The notes under the pieces were generated by a model that saw nothing but the letters and a program-made list of their open reading frames with translations, was not told the origin of the DNA and ran no database searches. Shown here piece by piece: positions 50,201-61,200 of a DNA stretch of 64,000 bases. The position numbers and the translations under genes are program-made. Numbering within the stretch: the stretch's first letter is position 1; each line of letters opens with the position of its first letter. This DNA comes from Octopus bimaculoides (Eukaryota): assembly GCF_001194135.2 (NCBI RefSeq), contig NC_068999.1, forward strand, positions 47,947,063 through 48,011,062, read 5' to 3'.

Positions 50201-53104
50201 AGAACTTGTGAGCGGTGGCTTGGACAAACTAGCACGTTCTACCTTATGTGCATTAATAACTATAGAAGTCCATGCTCGTGACATTGTTTCTAATTTGATT
50301 GAAAAAGATGTAAGTCAAAATATATTACTACATTATATGTACAGAGATATAAATGTAATGTTTGTGATTTGTTTTACTGTTTTGCATTCATATTTCATGG
50401 AGAAGTTTACTAAGCAATTGTTTCTATAGCCATGTGTTCATCTGGCCTGTGTTTGTCATCCAGGCAAATTGGAGAAAAAATTTTGAGTGTCACAACACTT
50501 ATAATTATATATAACTTATAACTCTTATAAGATTCCATAATCCTAAGTTTATCTTTGTTATTTAATCAAAGAAGAAAGAGTAGCTTCCAAGACTTCTGCA
50601 GGCTTTACCAGAATGGTTGGTTCAACGTAAAATTTTGTTGATTGATGACAGTAAAGACAACATAGATAGGAAGTAATTGTAGAAAGCCGGATTTGTTGGG
50701 AAGTGGGGATTAAACAAAGTATTATGGGAAATAAGAAGCAGTTGAGATGTTGAGAGAAGAGGCGTATGCATAGGGTGAGCTTAGGTAACTTTTTAGTTGA
50801 AAGAAGTAGAAGCTATTGAGGAAGAGAGGGAAAGGAAAGTTCTAGCAGAAATCTAAAACTTCCTTCTTCCAAAAAACTCCTTGTATTATCAGTTCATGCT
50901 TTCATTGCAATTTACAAATTAAAATGTTCAAATTCAAAAGTATTTTGTTATGGAGTAAATGATACAATAAAAGTGGATATAAAGAAATTTCACAGATTTA
51001 TGGCAAGAATAATTGATGTTTTAAACAGTTTCATATATGCTATAGTGACTTGAAATGTTATTTTGTTATTTTTTTTATATATATAATTATATTTTTTAGA
51101 TCTCAAATTGTCATAGCTTTGAATGGCAGAAACAGCTGCGATATTACTGGGAAGTTGAACAAGACACATGTGTTGTTCACATGTGTAACTCAAACTACAT
51201 CTATGGCTATGAATACCTTGGAGCATCTTCTCGACTTGTTATAACACCATTGACAGTAAGTCACCCATAGCATCACAACTACCAAAAATATTAGCTTACC
51301 TCCTCCTCCTCCTCCTCCACCATCATTTAGTTGCAAGTTAAGTGACTAGAGGTGCTTGCTTAATTTACAAGTGCTTTGCCAGCATGGAAAGCAGACGTTA
51401 AACGAACGATATATCAGTTGAATGCTCTATGCTATTGATTGGAGTAGGAAGTTCAGTATGTCTTCTCTGAACAGAAGTCAACAAACTGAAACAGTCCATC
51501 AGCTTCCTCATGTTAGCATTGCTAACATTTTATGTATCATCTCCTCCATGCAGGATGTCCCAATCTTCCCTAACAGTCTTCATATCCTCCATCCGAAATT
51601 CAGTGTCTTCCACAAGTTGATTGATATAGCTTTTCTAAGTCTGATGATACCTGTATGTCCATGAATGTGTTTCCAGAGAAGTGGGTTGCTGGATATTTCG
51701 TCCTTGCTTCTCTAGTAGTTTCCTGAATAACATGCTCTTCTTTGTTCTTCTTCCTCTGATAACTGAGATGATGGTAGGAAGATTACCAAGAAAGACTGTA
51801 AACAACATCCTGATGCATTTATCATGAAGTTTCTTTTCGGGTCTCTTGATTTGTATTCATGCTGAAAAGTTAAAGCCAAATGCTAACTCAATGGCTGCCT
51901 TGATGACTGTCAAGCTTGCATGACTATCCCACTCCCAATTTCCCTTCACTGATCTATGTGTCCAAGCTTGGATTACTCTCTACATCATCCTGTGTGTAAG
52001 GTACCACCACCACCACCACCTTTCCCTCCCCCTTCATTCGTGCCAATAAACAACTCACATTCCCTCAAAGTGATGGTTGAGTGAAACAATCTTTCCAGTG
52101 CTGGCCTCACAAAATGCAACCAATACACCCTCTAAAATGGCTAGCAAATTGAGCAGAGACAGCCTAAGGGTCTGAGGTCCCTTTATTCAACATCTCTGGT
52201 GTTAGTGGACCAAAAAACACTCTCAGAACAGTTTATGAAGTGGTTGCTAATAGGCAGGGTATCCAACTATAGAAACCAGCCCAAATGACACATGTGAGCA
52301 TCAGTCAATGGAAGCATCATCTCCCAACTGGAGACAACACAGACCATGACAACTCATCCAACACATACCAGCATGGGAAGCATAAAAATGATGATATATA
52401 TGCAGCCTGCTTCCAACGATATAGTTCCAGGTTCAGTCCTTTCAACTGTAATTCTCATTCTTTAGAGTTAATCATTGAAATTTATATGAGAATTTTTCTT
52501 GAGAAATTCTTTAAATTACTGAATTTCTCTTTTTTTTTTTTTTAGGATCGCTGTTACATATGCTTGATGGGAGCAGTTCAACTAGATTTGGGTGGAGCAC
52601 CTTTGGGACCAGCTGGGACAGGGAAAACTGAAACAACAAAGGATTTAGCTAAATCTTTAGCAAAACAATGTGTTGTTTTCAACTGCTCAGATGGACTGGA
52701 TTATAAGGTAAGCTTCAGCTGTTTCTTATTTCTGTGAAAATATTCTTTTCTACTCTAGGAACAAAAGCCCCCAAATATTTCAGATATAAAAGATAGAGAA
52801 ATTAATCAACCAACACAATGACCCTTCCAGACATAAACCTTTCTTTTCAGAGTAAAAGGTGATTAGAATAATACATTTTAGCTTTTACTTGTCTCAGCCA
52901 TTGCACTGTGGCCATATTGGAGCACCGCCTTGAAAGATTTGAAGCTGAAGAAATCAAACCCAGTACTTATTTTTGAAGTTTGGTACTTATTCTATTGATA
53001 TCTTTTACTGAACTGCTTAGTTATGGTAATGTAAACAAACCAACACTGGTTGTCAAGCAGTTGGGTGAGGGACAAACACACATACATTCACACACACACA
53101 CACA

Positions 53105-53139
<35 letters not shown>

Positions 53140-56100
53140 TCACACTCACAGAGGCTCCATGCAATTTCTGTCTAGTAAGTTCACTCACAAAGCATTGGTT
53201 GGCCCAGGACTATACTAAAAGACACTTGCCTCGAGTGCCACACAGTGGGATTGAACCTGGAATCACATGGTGACAAAGCAATTGTCTTAAATACACACCC
53301 ATGCCTGCAAAGTTATTTCATTTGTATAAGGATTTAAATTTGCATGTTTACGAGTAATGACAAACAAATATCTTTGGTTTTACTTTACAGTTGATGGGAC
53401 GATTTTTTTCTGGTCTGGCACAATCAGGAGTATGGTGCTGCTTTGATGAATTCAATAGAATAAACATTGAGGTACTATCTGTAATTGCTCAACAGTTGGT
53501 GACCATTAAAAATGCTAAATCTGAAAAAGTAAGTTAAATTTATGTATTTGTTTTGCAAGATTCTTGTTGTGAAATCGTGTGTTGAAACAAATATTGTTAT
53601 ACTTGGGGATCATCATATTTTGCCAATTAAATGCACACAGTGTTTTTAATTGTTGTTTCTCTCATGCTGGTGATGTTGGGTAGCACTGCCTGGTTGTAGT
53701 TTGACAGGCTGTCTATCAACATTCTGCCAGGCTTGTCTGAGGGGAAACACACAACTTTCCTATTCTTCATGCATTGACTGAGTTTGTGCAGGCTGCATGC
53801 ATGTGTTTAATTGGCAAAATTTGACCATATCTAAGTATAATAATATAAGTTAAATTTAACCTAATCATCATCATCATCGTTTAACATCTGCTTTCCATGC
53901 TGACATGGGTTGGATGGTTTGACTAGAGGTCTGGAGAGCCAGAGGCTGCACCAGGCAGAATCTAGATCTGGCAAAGTTTCTACAGTTGGATACCCTTCCT
54001 AATGCCAACCACTCCGAGAGTGTTGTGGGTGCTTTTATGTGCCACTGGCACAAGGGTCAGTCAGGCAGTTCTGGCAACAACCATGCTCAAAAGATGTTTT
54101 TTACGTGCTACCTGCATGGGAGCCAGTCCAGCGGCACTGGCAATGACCATGCTTGAATGTTGTTTTTCCTGTGCCACCGGCACATGTGCCGGTAGGGCGA
54201 CTCTGGCAATGATCACACTCAAATGGTGCTTTTTACATGTCACTAGCAAGGGATCCAATCTGTGGCCCTGGCAACGATCATGATCAGATGTGCTTTTAAC
54301 GTTCCACTGAATGATATATGGAAGAAAGTTGACCCTTTAGCATTTAATCCAGCCCAAATATTCTACCAGTTTTATGTTAAAACTGACCAGATCCAACCCC
54401 TCATACCTACCCTACAATGTCATTCTAAAAATGAGCAATCATATTATTGAAATCTTAAAGCCATTTTCAAGACTTCTTTTTTTAATTTCTCTGTAGTTGT
54501 CAAGATTCATGTTCGAAGGTCGTGAAATAAAACTGGTTGCTTCCTGTGCTACATTTATAACAATGAACCCAGATTACGCAGGACGAACTGAACTGCCTGA
54601 TAATCTAAAAGCACTTTTCAGACCAATTTCAATGATGGTTCCAGATTATTGTAAGTAGAATACAAGTGTGTGACTAAAATATGCAAAACTTACATCGATG
54701 GGGTTAAAAGGAAGCTTTTGCTATTATCTTTTATCTGTTACTTGTTTCAGTCATAGGACAAATGGAGGCACGTGGCTTTGTGGTTAGGGTGTTAGACTCA
54801 TGATTGTATGATTGTAGTTTCAATTTCTGGAACAGGTGATGTATTGTGTTCTTGAACAAAACACTCCATTTCATGTTGGTTCAGTCCACTCAGCTGGTGA
54901 AAATGAGAAATCATGTGAGGGACCAGTGTCCCATCCAGTGGGGGATGTATATGTAAGAGAAACCAGAAAAATAGCCCTGTGAGTTTATATGAAATGGGAA
55001 AGAGCTTTATATTATTATATTATTAGCTTTGAGATTTCAATGCTGTGGTTGTTTATTTTTAGAATGACATTGTAGGATAGGTTTGAGAGGCCATATCTGG
55101 CCAATTTGATCATAAAACAGGTAAACTATTTGAACCAGATATGGCTGATTTAAATGCTAAAAAGTTCCTCCCATGGGATATATTACTGGTAGAAGACTAA
55201 TGATTTTTCTTGATGATGTCAGGTCCCTCACAGAGATCAGAGAATTGCTAAGGTATCTGAAAAGATAGAGTAGTTTATAGTAGAATAATTTCTTCTTAGC
55301 TTTTGTGATGTTAGAGTGGTAACTTTTTAAAACAAAATTGTCAGAAGGAAGAGGTTTACCCTTGGTTTTTACAAGTCTTCAAAAGTAATAAGACTGTTCT
55401 CATTAACTTTTCTTTGGAACCGATGCAAGTCAATGGCTGCTAGAACAATATGCACAAAGGGGAAATTCCTGACTATCATGTATTCTAAGGAGGAAGAGCT
55501 AGAGGTAGTAGTTAGTGCACATCACTGGGTCAAAGGTTGCTGTGTTTTTTTTTTTATATGTGGTCTAGAATATCTGAATGTTTGTAAGCAGCAGAAGTAC
55601 CTTCCCAGGTGTGGGAGAAAAATACATTACTGTTTGTTTTTCCTGAGCTTTGTTATTCAGATGAGTGAACAGAGACATCAGATTCCTGAACATTTCCTAA
55701 ATTTGAATTCTTGTTCTTAATCATTCAATCAAGATGCTATTGTTTCTTTTTAAAATTTACATTTTAATTTAGGTTTGATTGCTGAAGTGATCTTATACTC
55801 CGAAGGCTTCCTGTCATCAAAAATATTAGCCCAAAAGATTACCCAAATGTACAAGTTATGCAGTGAACAGTTATCACAACAAGATCATTATGACTTTGGG
55901 ATGCGGGCAATAAAATCTGTTCTAGTCATGGCTGGTTCTTCCAAGCGACAAAATACAGAACAAAATGAAAATTTACTTTTAATAAGATCACTAAGAGACA
56001 GCAACTTACCAAAATTTCTAAAAGAAGATGCAGATCTCTTTCAGGTATTTTTATAATAATCTTGTGTTTTCTTTGTCTTAGATAAATCTCTTCTTTATAT

Positions 56101-58206
56101 TGTTGCATAGGAAAATCCCTTTGGGTGGAAAATGACATTACCTTTCCTGCACGTGTCTGAAAATGTTGTGCTAGTAGGCCATGTCAGTTCCCAGATGTGT
56201 AGTGCATGCTTATTAGATTTTTGTCTTCATGCAAGATGAGTGAATGCATCAAGCAGAGACCATAAACCCATGTCTCATCACCAGTGATGATAATCTTCAC
56301 GAAGTCTCGGTCATGGTTTGCACAGTCCAGCATGTCCTGGGTGATTTCCATGCAGAATTGCTTCTGCTGTTCTACCAGCCACACCTCAGGGACAGATTTT
56401 GCCTACATTCTCCACATGCACAGATCTTCTGTTAAAATGGAATGCACTGATCCTGTGCTTATTCCCACTTCATGAGCAATCTCCTGGACTCCATGACTAT
56501 TTACCAAACTTTCTCAATCAGCTCCTCATTTCGGCTTGCAGATGGTATGCCTGAGTGCACCTCACTCTCCACTGAGATGCAGCCATGTTTGAAGATGTTG
56601 TGCCATTCCTTGATCTGAGTTTTGCCCATGGCATCATTCCCAAAAGCCTGCTGAATCTTTTGGGTGATTTGAACTTGAGTATCACCAAGCTTTTGGCAAA
56701 ACTTGATGCAATTTCTATTCTTGATGTGTTCAGTGAAAACGAAAATCCAATGAGTGTGCACTACACAGCCTACCAGTGCAAAAGTTTTCACACAGGTGCA
56801 AGAAAGGTGGCGTCACCTCCCACCTAAAGGATCTTACCTACACAGCAAACTGTATATCTCTCTTGGTATATGTGGTTACTTAAATTTATAGAAACTCATA
56901 CACAGCTAATTATAACTCTAATACTTCATCCCTTAAATCTGTCTACTCCAACTTGTCTCCTACTCCTCCAGTTCATCTTCTTCTTCTTCTTCTTCTTCTT
57001 CTTCTGCTTCATCTGCTTCTTCTGCTTCTCCTCCTCTTCCTCCTCCTTTTTCCTCCTTTCCTTCTTTTCTCCTCTCCCATCCTCCTCTTCTCTTTCTCCT
57101 CCTCCTTCTTCTTCTCCTCCTCCCCTTCTCCTCCTTCTCCTCCTTCCTCTGCTGACAGTTTTAAGGTTTTAATTTACACCCATTTAACTGTTTAATTATT
57201 ACTTAAAAGTAATAAGCTTTTCTATTTTAAACCCCCTAAACATTCATTTAGGTTGATAAAACTGTTCAAACTTATTTGAATCTCCTTAAAACAGGATTTG
57301 ACTTGATTTTAAGAACTTAAGTAACTCTATGAGTGTGTGTGCATGTAATTTACACAAAGCAGATATTCTTAATTCTTTGAATGACAAATTTTTACCAAAC
57401 AAATATTCTTTTTGCCTTAAACATATTCTTTTAATGTCAAATGATTAGGCTATTCTCCAAGACTTATTCCCTGGGAATGAAGTTCCTGCAAACGACTATG
57501 GAAATTTTGAATCAGAAATTCTGAATGTAATGAAAGAAAACAACCTTGAACCTGTCAATGCCATGGTGAAAAAAGTGATTGAATTATATGAAACTATGTT
57601 GGTACGGCATGGTGTTATGCTGATTGGTCCAACAGGTGGTGGCAAGACAACAATATATCAGGTATTTCGTCTGTTGGTATTTTGTTCTGAGTTCAAATTC
57701 CACAGAGGTCGATTTTACCTTTCATCCTTTTGGGGTCGATTAACCCTTTCGTTACCAACCCAGCTGAAACCGGCTCTGGCTCGGAGTACAAATGTCTTGT
57801 TTTCATAAGTTTTGAATTAAAATCTTCCACCAAACCTTAGTCACAATTTATGTTCCTAACACTAGCTGAATGATAACGAAGTTATTTTACTAAATTCTTT
57901 GTTATATTTAAAGTAATTGAAAGAAACACAGAGCATCTCAAAATAAATACAGTAACGAAAGGGTTAAATAAGTACCAGTTACACACTGGAGTTGATGTAA
58001 TCGACTTAATCCCTTTGTTTGTCCTTGTTTGTCCCCTCTATGTTTAGCCCCTGTGGGCAATGAAGAAATAAATATATCAGGTAAGAAATGTAGTAATAGT
58101 AACCATATCTTACGTGTGTAGATACCATGGAACCTGATGCAGCTCTTCAGCTCATCAGCTACAGTCAAACCATCTAACCCATGCCAACAAGGAGAGCAGA
58201 TGTTAA

Positions 58207-58256
<50 letters not shown>

Positions 58257-61200
58257 ATATGAAATGTTAAAGGCCAGATCTAGCTGGTTTGAACATAAAA
58301 CAAGTAGAATAATTGGGCCAGATATGGCTAGTTTAAATGCTAAAGGGTTAAAATCTTAAATTTTATAGCATATTCTATATTTGTATATCTTACTTAGCAT
58401 GTATATACTAACAGGAAGCCACAATGTTGTGGCATTTCTCTTCTGAGGGCATCTCATGCAGGCATAGAGTGCTAAAGAGCCAGTACTGGATTTTTTTTTT
58501 TTTTGCCTGGTACCAATATTTCTTGGTTTATTGACACTATACATTTATACAAGGTATATACCACTGCATAGTGGCTTTCTGTTAGTATATCCATGTTAAG
58601 TAAGATATTCAAATTGCTTCTAGGTACTAATACTGCTTCCATTGATAATAAAGAATTTTCCATTTGTTTTAGATTTTGAAAGATGTTTTAACAAATCTAC
58701 ACACATCTGAAGAAGCAAATAGTTTTTACAGACCTGTTTTTTGTTTCATCTTAAATCCTAAATCTCTTGACATTGAAGAATTATATGGAGGAATAAATAA
58801 AGTAACCATGGAATGGCACGATGGTCTTTTAGCACTGGCTGTAAGAGCTGCATGTAATGTAAGTTGTATCTTTATCTTTTACTTGTTTCAGTCATTGGAC
58901 TGTGGCCATGCTGGGGCACCACCTTGAAGGGTTTTAGTTGAACAAATCAATCCCAGTATATCTTTTATCTTTTACTTGTTTCGGTCATTGGACTCTGGCC
59001 AAGCTGGGGCACTGTCTTGAAGGGTTTAGTCAAACAAATCATCCCCAGAGCTTATTTCTTGTAAAACCCTGCTAAAACAGGCGGCGAAGCATGGTGCTGT
59101 CTTCTACCTAGATAACTCCTGTCAAACCATCCAACCCATGCCAGCATGGAAGGCAGATGCTGATGACAATGATGATTATGATGATGATGATGATGATGAT
59201 GATGAATCATTATGTTTATCAAATTTGATTTGAAATGTAATTATTTTTAATAGGACACCAGTGACAATCACCAGTGGGTAATATGTGATGGTCCAGTCGA
59301 TGCATTGTGGATTGAGAACATGAATACAGTTTTGGATGACAATAAGATGTTATGTCTTGCCAACAGTGAAAGAATCCAACTAACTCCCTACATACACATG
59401 ATGTTTGAAGTTCAAGACTTAGCAGCAGCTTCTCCCGCTACAGTCAGCCGGTAAAACATTTACCTTTTAAATCATCATCATCATCATCATCATCGTTTAA
59501 CGTCCGCTTTCCATGCTAGCATGGGTTGGACGATGAAAGATATATTTGCTTCTAACAGTAACTTACTCTTTAATAAACCATTAAATCAATTTAAATATAT
59601 TTGCAACATACCTAACCTGTAAACAAAGGCCATTTTCTCCCTGTTCTATGTTCAAAGCGGTTAGTTTGAACATAGAAATTTAATCATCAAATCACAATGA
59701 CATTAAAACAAGATTTAATTTTATTCTAGATGTGGAATGGTGTATATTGATACTGAACAGCTGAAATGGATGCCATATGTTAAGAAATGGGTTAAAATTT
59801 GGAGTTCGAAGTTGCTTGATGAAAATGCTGAGTATTTATTTGATTTGTTTGAAAAATATATTGAGAAGGGGCTTCAATTCATCAACAAATGTCAACACAC
59901 TATGCAACAGGTAATAACAGACTTCTAATCTCAGAGTACTATTATACTGAAATGTAAAAATTAATTAATGAATGTAACTAATATGTAGTGTGAATAACCA
60001 GAAAAGTTAGAAATACATGTATTTCTTTGATATTGTATCTGGTTTGCAAGATTGTGCATGGAAATATTAAAACCCTGACTTCTGGCAACTGACTTATTAG
60101 ATGGCCACAAGATTATCCACCATCTTTCAAACAACAACCTTGGACACTGTTTTTAATTTCATATGTCTTACGCTCACAGACATGATTACAAAATCGAAAA
60201 GCAACACAGCACCCATGACTTTTGGAAACATTTTTTTCACACTCAGAATTGCTGAAGCATGAAATAAACTATCTGCATCTCTTGTTAGCTGTTGAGACAC
60301 TACATCTTTCAGAATTTCCATGCTTCCTGAAATTCACCACCAGTACATCTGACCCCACCACCACCACCACCACCACCAATTTATTTTAAATACTCATTCA
60401 GTGATCTTAAACTTTTTTCTCGAAACAGATTTTGTTGTATCTCAGATGGGTCATTATGCCAATTATAAGCACTCACACAATCTGGATTTCACTTATTTAT
60501 TATCTATTTGTCAATTGGTTAACTATTTAACTAATTAACTAATTGATTGATCATTTGGTTAATCAACCAATCAATCAGTTTGGTTTATGAAAGTCCTTTT
60601 GTTGCCATTCATAACCACATCAATGACATGCCCTCTAATTATTGGCATAATGGCCCTCCCAAGATACATCATAAATATAAACACATTTTTTAATTATCTA
60701 AGAAATTCCCACTTTTATGTGGTCAGGCAGAATCATTACAGCATCAGAGAGAAGGCATTGTGATATTTATTATGAGATAATCTTTGCAAAGTACTAACAT
60801 TCTAGATAGTGATAAAAACCATTTTAGTTTTCTATAAGAAATTTAAGGTTCTTAACAATCACAGGCTCTTTCTCTCTTTATTAACAAACTCACCATCCAA
60901 ACAGCAAATAAAGTCTCTATCAGAAAATAAAACCTCGAGAATATATATCCCATCATCCAGACTAACTGGATCCTGGAAAATATGATATGAAGCATAAATT
61001 TAATGATTTTATTATAACTCACCTACAGTTCGCCTATCAGTGTCAAGCAGTGCTTAACACTGCTTGGCACTGATACTGTTGAATTTCTTCTAACCTGGCA
61101 GTCTAATAGCACAACTCAGTCAATGTTGTTGACTGTGTTTTAGTTAAAGCTATGGTTTTAAAATCTGCCCAGAGTTACCTCTCTTTGGCGTTTCTCATTG

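Noticed and set aside
52588-52630. [13 protein letters not shown] instead of [13 protein letters not shown]
   Set aside because: The residue before the P-loop Gly varies among dyneins; the Walker A itself is intact.
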